A DNA stretch of 64,000 nt. It comes from Nostoc sp. (GTDB lineage Bacteria > Cyanobacteriota > Cyanobacteriia > Cyanobacteriales > Nostocaceae). The position numbers and the translations under genes were made by a program. Below, piece by piece: positions 18,302-28,109 of the stretch. How positions within the stretch are numbered: position 1 is the first letter of the stretch; each line of letters opens with the position of its first letter. Under the pieces are notes generated by a model. That model was not told the DNA's origin. It was given only the letters and a program-made list of their open reading frames with translations, and made no database searches. The stretch is from contig NZ_JBALDL010000073.1 of the NCBI RefSeq assembly GCF_036917465.1, forward strand, positions 42 through 64,041, given 5' to 3'.

Positions 18302-18880
18302 ATGAGCGATAGCAGCATTACATCACGTCTGTACCCTACCCGCATTGACATTCCCGCCGAAGCGCGAGTACAAATAGTGGTACTTCTCAACCAAACCTTA
18401 GCGGCTACTTCGGATCTAAAAACCCAAGCAAAGCAAGCCCACTGGAATGTTAAAGGAACTGACTTCTACCAACTACACTTATTATTTGATGAACTTGCTG
18501 GGGAATTAGAAGAGTTCATCGATTTGGTAGCTGAACGTGTTACAGCTTTAGGCGGATACGCTTTTGGAACAGCCCGCGCCGCAGCTAGTAATTCAATTCT
18601 GCCAGAATATGCTTTAGATATTTTGGATGGTAAAGACCACGTAACAGCCTTATCAGATCGTTATGCACTCTATGCTAAACATCTGCGGGAAGCGATCGCT
18701 AAAACCGATGAATTAGACGATCTCGATACCGCCGATCTTTACACCGAAATTTCGCGCACCATTGACAAGCGACTCTGGTTCTTAGAAGCTCATCTGCAAG
18801 TAGCAGAAATTAAGGCAGAGAATGGCAATAGCAAAGCGGTGACTACTACAACTCAAAAGATCCCTGCTGGTGTAAAATAA
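18302..18880 (+). CDS. dps: Dps family DNA-protection/ferroxidase protein (canonical type)
   Basis: HWNVKG, LHLLFDE, D..AERV ferroxidase ligands, DKRLWFLEAH. Confidence 0.93.
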   Translation: MSDSSITSRLYPTRIDIPAEARVQIVVLLNQTLAATSDLKTQAKQAHWNVKGTDFYQLHLLFDELAGELEEFIDLVAERVTALGGYAFGTARAAASNSILPEYALDILDGKDHVTALSDRYALYAKHLREAIAKTDELDDLDTADLYTEISRTIDKRLWFLEAHLQVAEIKAENGNSKAVTTTTQKIPAGVK

Positions 18881-18930
18881 GCACTTCTGAGAAAAGTAGT
18901 TTTTCTTAAATCTAATAGTATCTTTTTGGT

Positions 18931-18960
18931 AAGTACGTCACTTTTAAGTGCGTACTTTTC
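18931..18960 (+). terminator. Terminator after dps
   Basis: AAGTACGtcac-ttttaa-gtgCGTACTTTT hairpin with T tract. Confidence 0.5.
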
Positions 18961-19164
18961 ATTTATATGTATATACTTTACTATTGAAATAGTTCAAAAC
19001 TAAGTCAAGAAATTCAAAAATATCTTCGACAAGCGATCCATCAAGATTAATACTTCAAGTTTAAGAAGTTATTTATTAGTGTGAATGAAAAAAGATGCTG
19101 CTTCCATTCTGATGTTTAACTCCTAACTTCTTAACTAGACACTCATTAACAAAGAGGTAAATTT

Positions 19165-19881
19165 ATGTCTCAAAATACAATTACCCACTTAATTCACGAT
19201 CGCAACGCCCGTGGTCACGCTAAAATAGGCTGGCTCGATAGTTATCACACATTTTCCTTCGGGAGTTTTTACGATCCCAACCGGATGGGATTTCGCTCTC
19301 TGCGCGTGATTAACGACGATCGCATCGCCCCAGGTGCTGGATTCCCTACCCATAGTCATCGTGACATGGAAATCCTCACTTATGTCTTAGAAGGTGCTGT
19401 AGAGCATAAAGACAGCTTGGGTACTGGTTCGGTAATTCGCCCTGGTGATGCACAGGTTATGAGCGCTGGAACTGGAATCAGCCACAGTGAATTTAATCCC
19501 TCGCCAACCGAACCACTACACTTACTACAAATCTGGATTCTTCCCGATCGAGAAGGAATAACGCCAAGATATGAACAAAAAGCTTTTCCTCTAGAAGAAA
19601 AGCGCGGCAAACTCTGCTTAATTGCTTCTAAAGATGGGCGCGATGGTGCTGTAACAATTCACCAAGATGTTGATTTATACACATCTGTTTTAGAAGATGG
19701 TGATGTTGTTAATTATCAAGTCAAAAGCGATCGCTATGCCTGGTTACAAGTAGCCCAAGGTATAGTCAATTTAAATGGTGAGGAACTCAGAGCAGGCGAT
19801 GGAGTGCAAATCAACGGCGAAGAACAGCTAGAAATTAGCACCAACATTGGCGGCGAAATCTTGCTTTTCGATTTGGGTTAA
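19165..19881 (+). CDS. Pirin family protein (YhhW-like)
   Basis: [54 protein letters not shown]. Confidence 0.95.
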   Translation: MSQNTITHLIHDRNARGHAKIGWLDSYHTFSFGSFYDPNRMGFRSLRVINDDRIAPGAGFPTHSHRDMEILTYVLEGAVEHKDSLGTGSVIRPGDAQVMSAGTGISHSEFNPSPTEPLHLLQIWILPDREGITPRYEQKAFPLEEKRGKLCLIASKDGRDGAVTIHQDVDLYTSVLEDGDVVNYQVKSDRYAWLQVAQGIVNLNGEELRAGDGVQINGEEQLEISTNIGGEILLFDLG

Positions 19882-19899
19882 TATCCCATTTATCTGCGT

Positions 19900-19925
19900 A
19901 AAAGGCTCGTTTAAATGAGCCTTTT
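19900..19925 (+). terminator. Terminator after pirin
   Basis: AAAAGGCTC-gtttaaat-GAGCCTTTT. Confidence 0.6.
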
Positions 19926-20233
19926 ACTCAGAACTTTGTATTTACTTATTCATCAGCCAGAGATTTAAATCTCTGGCTAATAGTGCAAATCCACTTAAGT
20001 CGATTGAAAAGTTTTTTAATTAATAGTTTCAATAACTGAATTTTTCGCTTGCAGTTTGGACAAGATGCCAAAATCAGGCATTACTGCTTGTAACATTACC
20101 ACTAGAACACTAAGGTAGTTAGAGACGAATGGTTTTTGGGAATTCTAAGAGAAAGAAAAAGTGAAGTTTCTGTTCACAATACAGTCAAACGCACTTTGTT
20201 CTATTTTCCTACCCATTAGTTTCTACTCCAGAG

Positions 20234-22078
20234 GTGGTTGTGGTTACGATAGCAACAGAGCAAACACTAAAACTTCCTGTTCAGTTAATTTGGACAATAT
20301 GGCTAATTTGCTTATTGCCATCAGCATTAAATTTTTTGGGAGTTAGTTTTGCTTCTAGTCAGGTATACCGGAATTTAGAGGTTGTTTGTAATCCGGCTAA
20401 TTCGGGTTCTTGTCAAGAAGTTATTTACCAAACATTGGCAGGAAGCTTCGTCCATACAATTTTAGAATGGAGTGCTGTCTGTACTGCCATTTTCACTATT
20501 ATTCTAGCTTTTGCTCACTTCTATATAAAAAGCGATATTATTACACCAATTATTGGGGTAACTTTGTTGTGTGCTGGGCTAATAGATGCTTTCCACACCC
20601 TAGCTGCCGATAGGTTAATTGAAGCTGTTGCTGATAACAGTAAGCTCATCCCTTTTACTTGGGCACTTTGCCGACTTTGCAATGCGTTAGTGACGATAAT
20701 TGGTGTCAGCATTTTTCTGATTAGCAAACCGAAAAGGTGGCAAGGCAGCATCAAGTTTATAGTTGCAGTGACTTTAGCTTTTGGGGTAGTTTGTTACGGC
20801 ATAATTGCTGTTTGCGCTACTAGTCAAACCTTGCCACAAACTATCTTCCCTAACTCAATTATTACTCGACCTTGGGATATCATACCTTTGATCCTTTTTT
20901 TAGTAGCTGGTATTCTGATTTATCCAAGCTTTTGGCGCAACTATCCTAGTTTATTCTCTCACGCTCTGATAGTTAGTACTATTCCCAATGTCGCTACCCA
21001 ATTTCACATGGTTTTTGGTTCAACGGCTCTGTTCGATAATCATTTTAACATTGCTCACTTTTTGAAAATTGTTGCCTATTTAGTACCCTTGGCTGGACTA
21101 ATTCTGGATTACATCTACGCTCATCGTCAACTGCTAATCGCTCTCAAACAAGCACAACTTTATACAGAAGCTTGTGAAAAGGCTCAACTTGCTCAACATA
21201 CACTTTCACAACTGCAACAAACCCAAGCACAAATCATTCAAACAGCAAAAATGTCTAGCTTAGGGCAACTGGTAGCAGGAATAGCCCACGAAATTAACAA
21301 CCCTGTCAACTTTATCTACGGCAACCTTAACTATATAGATCAATATACTCAAAACTTAGCGGAATTAGTGATAGCTTATCAGCAGCATTATCCCAACCCA
21401 CCACCATCACTTCAAAAACTACTTAACTCTATAGAAATCGACTTTATTGTACAAGACATGAGCAATATCCTTCAATCGATGCAAGTCGGTACAGAACGCA
21501 TTCGGGATATTATTGTGTCACTACGAAATTTCTCCCGCTTGGATGAAGCTTCTTTTAAGAAAGCAGATATTCATTCTGGTATCGATAATACCTTGATAAT
21601 TTTGCATCACCGCCTTCAGACAAAAGCAGATGCTACTGAAATTAAAATTATCAAAGAATATGGTCAATTGCCTTTGGTTCAGTGTCATGCACGAGAACTG
21701 AATCAGGTGTTTATGAATATCTTAACGAATGCGATAGATGTTTTAGAAGAGTCGATCGAAAAAATTAACGGACAACAGAAAACACCCAGCATCTGGATTC
21801 AAACTCAGTTAAAATCAGACAATCTAGTGTCTATCTCAATTGCCGATAATGGCGGGGGTATTCCCGAAGAAATTCGCTTGAAGTTGTTTGACCCATTTTT
21901 TACCACCAAGCCTGTAGGCAAAGGGACGGGACTGGGATTATTTATTAGTTATAAAATTGTTGTAGAAAAACACGGTGGCAATATTTGGTACAAATCTACA
22001 CCAGATGGTGCAAAGTTTGTGATTGAGATTCCAATATACCCTGGAGAGGATGTAGTTAAAAGTGGTGATTCCCATTAA
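20234..22078 (+). CDS. Membrane sensor histidine kinase with multi-TM (MASE3-like) input domain
   Basis: About 8 hydrophobic segments including LIDAFHTL, then H-box [10 protein letters not shown]-box [17 protein letters not shown]1 DNGGG, F-box FDPFFTTK, G2 GTGLGL. Start codon uncertain. Confidence 0.88.
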   Translation: MVVVTIATEQTLKLPVQLIWTIWLICLLPSALNFLGVSFASSQVYRNLEVVCNPANSGSCQEVIYQTLAGSFVHTILEWSAVCTAIFTIILAFAHFYIKSDIITPIIGVTLLCAGLIDAFHTLAADRLIEAVADNSKLIPFTWALCRLCNALVTIIGVSIFLISKPKRWQGSIKFIVAVTLAFGVVCYGIIAVCATSQTLPQTIFPNSIITRPWDIIPLILFLVAGILIYPSFWRNYPSLFSHALIVSTIPNVATQFHMVFGSTALFDNHFNIAHFLKIVAYLVPLAGLILDYIYAHRQLLIALKQAQLYTEACEKAQLAQHTLSQLQQTQAQIIQTAKMSSLGQLVAGIAHEINNPVNFIYGNLNYIDQYTQNLAELVIAYQQHYPNPPPSLQKLLNSIEIDFIVQDMSNILQSMQVGTERIRDIIVSLRNFSRLDEASFKKADIHSGIDNTLIILHHRLQTKADATEIKIIKEYGQLPLVQCHARELNQVFMNILTNAIDVLEESIEKINGQQKTPSIWIQTQLKSDNLVSISIADNGGGIPEEIRLKLFDPFFTTKPVGKGTGLGLFISYKIVVEKHGGNIWYKSTPDGAKFVIEIPIYPGEDVVKSGDSH

Positions 22079-22682
22079 ACACTCTGCTGATTCTGGAGAA
22101 TTTGCCATGTCTGTTGACAAGCCACAACTCTTGGAGACGCTCCGCGTAGCTTGCTTCTCCGTAGGAGTACGTGTCTACGCCTCCGCCTCTTGTACCCAAT
22201 TCCCAATAATTATTTTGTATTCCTAATAAGTAAGTGGGTCAAATTAAATATAAAACCTCACCCTTGCCTCCGGTTTCCCTCTCGGATACTTTGGAGAGGG
22301 ATTGAGGGTGAGGTTTGATCTTATATTTTATTACGCCTACCTACCTACTTACTATTTAATTGTGATGATAAAATCTTTAAATCTTTTGCAAATTTTTACT
22401 ATTTAATTAAATAAGATTTTGCAATAACTGGTTATTTATTGTGCCATATATCTGTCTGCTTATTCGACAAAAATAAATTCCTTAGATATAAATATTTACT
22501 AACTAGCTAATTGCTAAATATTATCAACGTTAAATATTATGAGAATATATTTACTTAGATTAAAAATGGCAGAGAAATAAGGATACCATTCTCTGCCATT
22601 CTTTATAATATTTTCAGAGTTCGTGCTGACAACTTTTTCTTTCAGTCTAGGTAGACAAATCTAGATTATGAGAGTTTTAGCT

Positions 22683-23231
22683 TTAAGCTGCTTGGACAAA
22701 CCCTAAAGTTAAGCTGTCTTTAGCGAGGAAGTGAGACAAATGATAAGCACGTTCCTCAGTTTTCAACAAAATCTTTTCGTACAGATAGCGTGTACCCCGA
22801 TCGCCTAAACTCTCTGCCTGAGCCGCTTGACGACGAATTACGCCAATAATTGCTTGTTCGGCAGCTAGGTCATTTTCCACCATTTGGCGAGAGGAATATA
22901 CGCCTTCAGATTCTTGCTCAAAACAGGTTAATTCTGCTAATTTGCTAAAGGTAGCTACTGGTACACCACCTAGTCCATCCAAACGTTCTCCAATTTCATG
23001 AACGTGGTCTTGTACTTGGTTGTAGCTTTCGTTAAAAAACTCGTGCAGAGAGTAAAATTCTGAGCCTTCAACTACAAAATGATGCTTTTGGTACTGCAAG
23101 TACAGTGCCTGGAAACTAGCTAATACAACGTTAAATCCTTCTGTGACTGGAGCAGTTACACTGTGATCCAGCAAAACAGGATTGTCATATATATGACCAA
23201 AATTCCGTAACAAAGTTTGCGTTTCTGACAT
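22683..23231 (-). CDS. dps: Dps family protein, cyanobacterial DpsA-like type
   Basis: [20 protein letters not shown]...[10 protein letters not shown]: HF replaces HW, and His residues sit at positions that are normally acidic ferroxidase ligands. Confidence 0.9.
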   Translation of the reverse strand: MSETQTLLRNFGHIYDNPVLLDHSVTAPVTEGFNVVLASFQALYLQYQKHHFVVEGSEFYSLHEFFNESYNQVQDHVHEIGERLDGLGGVPVATFSKLAELTCFEQESEGVYSSRQMVENDLAAEQAIIGVIRRQAAQAESLGDRGTRYLYEKILLKTEERAYHLSHFLAKDSLTLGFVQAA

Positions 23232-23658
23232 TGTGTTCCTCTCTTTTTAACAGTTATAGATTTTAACTGCTTATTCTCAACATATTAACATTTTAATAAT
23301 AAGAGCAAGCCAATTCGCCATCACAATATTTTGTATTTTTGCTTACTAAAAATCCCAAGTTTATTGTTTGCTGAATGATGGCACGCTTATTAAGTTGCAT
23401 AAATCTCTCATTAGTATTGACATTGCAGCTTAAATATGCATATTTTGCAAGATGAGCAGGGAAAGAAAATTTTACCTTATCCTTTTTGTCTCTCTCATTC
23501 CGCTCTCAATATGGAATGGCTGTAAAACTTTGATTTTTTTTCCAAAATTAATGAGAATTCTTTGCACTTAAGGTATGCTGGTTTTAAGAGGTTACACTCC
23601 TAAAACTTTCAAAAAACAGAGAGTTAATTCGCGGTAGTTACTGCAAGTTTGTTGCACT

Positions 23659-23937
23659 TTGAGGGCAATTCTCTTGAAATCGTTTAGTTCAGAAATAGAA
23701 AGCAACCACCTTGTAGAGGTGAATTGGGCAGATCGCTGGCAAGTCTATCAACGCCTAAAGGAGTTAGACATTCCCTGTAGTTGTACGGCTAACCAGCCAT
23801 TGAAAGTTGAAATTGGCTCTCCGAGGACAGCTGTTCAACTTTGGAGTGTGATCCGGCGATTAACAGCCTCCCGTCAAGACCAGATTTGGACTCTTGAGTG
23901 CTGCTGGAAAATCGCTAACAACAGTTCTAATTTTTAG
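23659..23937 (+). CDS. Asr1405/Asl0597-like conserved cyanobacterial protein
   Basis: DRWQVYQRLKELDIPCSC...QLWSVIRRLTASRQ..LE.CW pattern. True start may be downstream of 23659. Confidence 0.75.
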   Translation: MRAILLKSFSSEIESNHLVEVNWADRWQVYQRLKELDIPCSCTANQPLKVEIGSPRTAVQLWSVIRRLTASRQDQIWTLECCWKIANNSSNF

Positions 23938-23992
23938 CTGCTGAGAATATCTCGCTTGATAGCTTGTAGTTAGTTAAGAGGAGTTAAAAAAA

Positions 23993-24658
23993 ATGGGTGC
24001 ATCTCACACTATGGAATCAGAATTTTGTCTTGAGGGTAGATTTATAAATTTTGTTATTAAAGATGGCTATAAGCTTAAAGGCTTAATGCTGGCGACTCAT
24101 GAGGGTGAGTCTTACATTAAATTAGCTAAACATTTACGGGCTGCTTTTGACTTGCGCTTACCACCAGGGACTTGGCTACAAGTTGCTGGTTACAGAAAGC
24201 ATGATTTGAAGGATGGCACAGTTACTCTGAAAGCTGAACGGGTGATGGCGGCGCGTTCTGAGATGGGGAAAGTTGGAACGATCGCACCAGTACAAGAACC
24301 CCCATCTATTGATAATGTGAAGGTAAAGCCAGCTAAGGCTAAAGCCACGATTTTGGTGTGTCAAAAGTCTGATTGTATGAAACGCGGTGGTAAAGAACTT
24401 TGTCAGGCGTTGGAGGCAGCTTTAAGCGATCGCGGTTTAGAAGACCAAGTTACAATCAAAGGCACTGGTTGTATGAAAAATTGCAAAGCTGGGCCAAATC
24501 TAGTTATGCCAGATAAAACTCGCCATAGCCGAATTCAAGCAGGACTTGTTCCCGCATTGATGGATAACCATTTTGGTGACAAGAATTTATCAGCACAGCC
24601 AGAGAATTTAAGGGAAGTGACGATATCTAATGGCAAGCTTTGGGGAAATAATTCATAA
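23993..24658 (+). CDS. Thioredoxin-like (2Fe-2S) ferredoxin domain protein
   Basis: ILVCQKSDCMKRGG ... TGCMKNCKAGPN (Cx4C...Cx3C). Confidence 0.88.
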   Translation: MGASHTMESEFCLEGRFINFVIKDGYKLKGLMLATHEGESYIKLAKHLRAAFDLRLPPGTWLQVAGYRKHDLKDGTVTLKAERVMAARSEMGKVGTIAPVQEPPSIDNVKVKPAKAKATILVCQKSDCMKRGGKELCQALEAALSDRGLEDQVTIKGTGCMKNCKAGPNLVMPDKTRHSRIQAGLVPALMDNHFGDKNLSAQPENLREVTISNGKLWGNNS

Positions 24659-24751
24659 AATCTTGACATTTCGATGAAAAAGCTTCACAATATCTTCTCA
24701 AGTGTGTTCTGTTAAGACTCGGCTGTAAAATCTACTAGAAGTTTGCAATAA

Positions 24752-24791
24752 AATCAAAAAACTGGCTTTCATTAAGGCCAGTTTTTTGATT
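24752..24791. terminator. Bidirectional terminator-like hairpin
   Basis: AATCAAAAAACTGGC...GCCAGTTTTTTGATT. Confidence 0.65.
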
Positions 24792-24949
24792 GAATAGGAT
24801 TTTTGTTAAGCAATTTTTAACCGGGATGCTCCGGTAATTTGCAAAAAGTCAAGGGAATGTGGTTGATTGGTGAGTACGTAGATGTAAAGAGACTTGTAGT
24901 TAGACATCGCTTACAGTTAAAGCGTTCATCATCAATCACTTAAAAATAA

Positions 24950-25520
24950 ATGCCACATATCCCTAATTGGGTATACATCGTTTTTTTTACACTTATTAAC
25001 ATAGTCATGATTTTTCTATTCCGTCATGACTGGAATCGCCTCGCTAAACTCTACTGCACCAAAGAAGCGCCACCACAAAACTTTTACCGGATGCAAAGCG
25101 GTTCTGTGGGTTTGGTTCACTATAAAGGGACTTTAAATATTGGTATAACTTCTGAAGGGATTTATCTAAGTATTTTCTTCTTGTTTCGCTTCGGACTTAC
25201 GCCATTGTTGATTCCCTGGAGTGCCATCAGGAAAATTGAGCCTGCTAACCAACTATTTTTTGAGCGTTTTCGTTTGTATCTTATAGGACTCATATTTGAT
25301 TTTTGAAATATACGTAGGGTGTGTTAGCGAAGCGTAACGCACCATCTGAAGGCTTTGGTACGTTACGCACTCCGTCCTAATGCACCCTACAGGTACTTAG
25401 ATTTTTTCAAGAATCAAATCAGACTCCTATAGTTCGCCAAAAGTCACTTTGATTTTAAGCAAAGATATTTTGGAATCAGGGAAAGAATTTTTAGCCACAC
25501 AGGGGTTTGAGTGGATTTAG
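24950..25520 (+). pseudogene. Small membrane protein gene interrupted by a MITE
   Basis: The track ORF 24950-25306 ends inside the MITE. Removing the element and one TA joins ...FRLYL to SSPKVTLILSKDILESGKEFLATQGFEWI* in frame (stop 25518-25520). Confidence 0.7.
25284..25429. mobile_element. 146-bp MITE with TA target duplication
   Basis: TA|TAGGACTCATATTTGATT ... AATCAAATCAGACTCCTA|TA, with an internal REP-like GTAGGGTG...CACCCTAC hairpin. Confidence 0.8.
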
Positions 25521-25672
25521 ATAATTCCCTTTTTTACCTGGCAAATGCCATTTTTGATTGTGTACATCCTAGAGATGAAGCAAGCTATGTGTAGTGTCTC
25601 ATTTAAATGCATATCTGTGCCAGAGGTTGAAATCTCAGGCTCATAATGCAAGTCCATTTGAGTGGACTTGCA

Positions 25673-27646
25673 TTATGAGAGAGGAAATTGATTAGCAGTT
25701 TGTTGTTGAGATTCTTGGGTTTTCTGGAGGGTAGGTTGAGAATTACATGATTTAGTTAGAGAAGACTGCAACAACTGGCGGATGGATGTAGCTTCCTTAT
25801 GGTCAGGCGAGACAGTTAAAAATTCATTTAGGTCTTGGATAGCTTCACCAATAGATTCTGAAGAAGCACCCTTTGATAAGGCATAGCGATATAAGTGGTC
25901 TGCTTGTTGAGTGTATTGAGCAGCCAAACAGTAAAGGGCTAAATTAAAGGCATTACGCCAGTCTTTAACATTTTTTTTGCAATGCTCTGTAGTAAGCTTG
26001 ATGGCAGGCACTAGTACAGTTCGTGCTTTGTCTGGTTGGTTAACAGCTAAGTATACTAAAGCGTGATTATACATAGCATCTTCATAACGTTTTTCCTCAT
26101 CAGCTTTTAACCCATTTGCTAATTGCTTACCCCAATACTTAACTTCAGCAGAATCCCCATCTTTACCAGCTTGAAGCATTGTTTTTGCATATTGTTGGGC
26201 AAAAATGGGTTGATTTTTGAGTAGAACCAGAAATTCCTTAAGAGCTACAAGTAAATTCCTTTGCGGTGACTGACATAACTTATGGTACAACACGTTTAAT
26301 GTGTGACTTTGCCAGCTAGGATCGCGCTGTTTGTTATCTTCCTCTAATTGCAAATCATTCCGTAAGTTGTCATAATATTTTGCCAACTTATTATGTATAT
26401 CAGCCCAACCTTGCGGGGATGAAAGGCGCTTGTGGCATAACATTTGGGTTTTGACGACATCATGATAAACCCAGCCGTTGCTATGTTCGTTGACAAAGGA
26501 TGTTTCTTTGAGCCAAGTAAATAGCTCATCAGCTTCTTCTTCTGTTCTTAACTGGGCTATAATATCCCGGTTCAAGCACCGAGGAATGGCAGCATCAAGC
26601 ACCACTTGTCGCCGTTTGGGATCGTCAATCCATCTTAAAAAGCTTTTTACAGCACTGCTGCTAGGCTCAATTACTTGGTTAGGGTCATTGGGATGAGCAT
26701 CTGCTAGCATTTCTATTAGCAGGGGTAAGTTTCCAGAAAGATTTAAAATCACTTCAATAATGTGCTTGTCTGTAATGCCTTTGCGAGTTAGATATTGTTG
26801 GGCTTCTTCTTCTGTAAAGGGTTCCAGATGCAAACGAATTATTGATCCTTCGTAAGATGCCCAGTCATTTTTATCTAATTCTTGCCGACTGGCAATAGTT
26901 ATCAATATATTGGGAGATACTTCACCGTGGCGACCCTCTAGAATCTCTCGCAGCCAGTTATCTAGAAATTCTCCGGTGCGTTCTGAGGTATCGAAAAACA
27001 GGACAACAGGAATTTTATCAGCAATTTTAGAAATATCTTGCAAAAATAGCGGGGTCAGAACTTCTTTAGGTTGTTTAACTAAATGTACCTCATCTTTATT
27101 GGTTATTTTCTTAGCAACATAAGATGCCCATTCTCCAGCTTGGTTAGCCAAAGCATCCCCATCTATAACATCAAATACAGCACCACCAACGGGAGCTAGA
27201 CGCGCCAGATGCACACCAGTTTTTACGATACTTTTCCCGACAAAAGCACTAAAGCCTTGAGGAGCATCTGGATCTGTTTCTAATTCTTGGCACTTTTGGC
27301 AGTAAACTTTGTAGCGATCGCTAAACTGCGTTAGTCTGTAACCTTGCTGTTCTAACTCCTCAGCTATACGCCCCATGACTTCTGGTATAGTTTTTTCAGC
27401 TTCATCAATGTAAGCCGAAATCATTTTTGCTTCGTCAGTAATTTTCCGAAACTGCCGCAGCAAGGTAGTTTTACCAACTCCGCCTTGACCACAAACATTA
27501 AACAGAAAACAATGGCGATTGTCTTCTAGGGATAAAGCTAAATTTTGGCTAAATCGGTTTATTTGGTCTTCACGTCCCACAAAATTTGATTGTTGACGTT
27601 GCTTAATAATATCTTGTAAACTTTTAGGCTTGTTTTGTGTATTCAT
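25673..27646 (-). CDS. STAND/AAA ATPase-TPR paralog with most TPRs deleted
   Basis: FVGRE, Walker A GQGGVGKTT, Walker B VVLFFDTSE, SGNLPLL. Collinear with 28110-30701 except for a ~230-aa internal gap and a frameshifted C-terminus. ATG of MNTQNK at ~27646 (track start TTG 27658). Confidence 0.85.
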   Translation of the reverse strand: MNTQNKPKSLQDIIKQRQQSNFVGREDQINRFSQNLALSLEDNRHCFLFNVCGQGGVGKTTLLRQFRKITDEAKMISAYIDEAEKTIPEVMGRIAEELEQQGYRLTQFSDRYKVYCQKCQELETDPDAPQGFSAFVGKSIVKTGVHLARLAPVGGAVFDVIDGDALANQAGEWASYVAKKITNKDEVHLVKQPKEVLTPLFLQDISKIADKIPVVLFFDTSERTGEFLDNWLREILEGRHGEVSPNILITIASRQELDKNDWASYEGSIIRLHLEPFTEEEAQQYLTRKGITDKHIIEVILNLSGNLPLLIEMLADAHPNDPNQVIEPSSSAVKSFLRWIDDPKRRQVVLDAAIPRCLNRDIIAQLRTEEEADELFTWLKETSFVNEHSNGWVYHDVVKTQMLCHKRLSSPQGWADIHNKLAKYYDNLRNDLQLEEDNKQRDPSWQSHTLNVLYHKLCQSPQRNLLVALKEFLVLLKNQPIFAQQYAKTMLQAGKDGDSAEVKYWGKQLANGLKADEEKRYEDAMYNHALVYLAVNQPDKARTVLVPAIKLTTEHCKKNVKDWRNAFNLALYCLAAQYTQQADHLYRYALSKGASSESIGEAIQDLNEFLTVSPDHKEATSIRQLLQSSLTKSCNSQPTLQKTQESQQQTANQFPLS

Positions 27647-27749
27647 AACAAGATTCAATTTTGAGGCGCTAATTTATCTAAAAAGAACTACTAAATAAAC
27701 AAGGTGTATTTCGGAATTTATTAAATTTTTTTTAAGTAATTTTTATGCA

Positions 27750-27980
27750 TTGAGCTTCTGAGGTTCGATGTTGACCTTCCGAGGCTCAATGTTGACCTTT
27801 CGAGGCTCGATGTTAACCTTCCGAGGTTCGATGTTGACCTTCTGAAGCTCGATGTTGACCTTCTGAGGCTCGACTTTGACCTTCTGAGGCTCGATGTTGA
27901 CCTTCTGAGGCTCGATGTTGATCTTCCGAGGCTCGACGTTGATCTTCCGAGGCTCGACGTTGATCTTCTGAAGTTTTAAC
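27750..27980. repeat. 21-bp tandem repeat array, 11 units (array 2)
   Basis: Consensus TTGACCTTCTGAGGCTCGATG; ends ~100 bp upstream of the distal ATPase start. Confidence 0.92.
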
Positions 27981-28109
27981 GAAAGTACCAGATATTGAAT
28001 CGGAATCTTACGATCGCTTACCTACAGCTTAATAACAAAGCGATCGCTTACAGTCTCTCATTAGAAGGGCAAAGTTGTAAAAGCGATCGCTTAATATTTG
28101 TAGTAGAAA

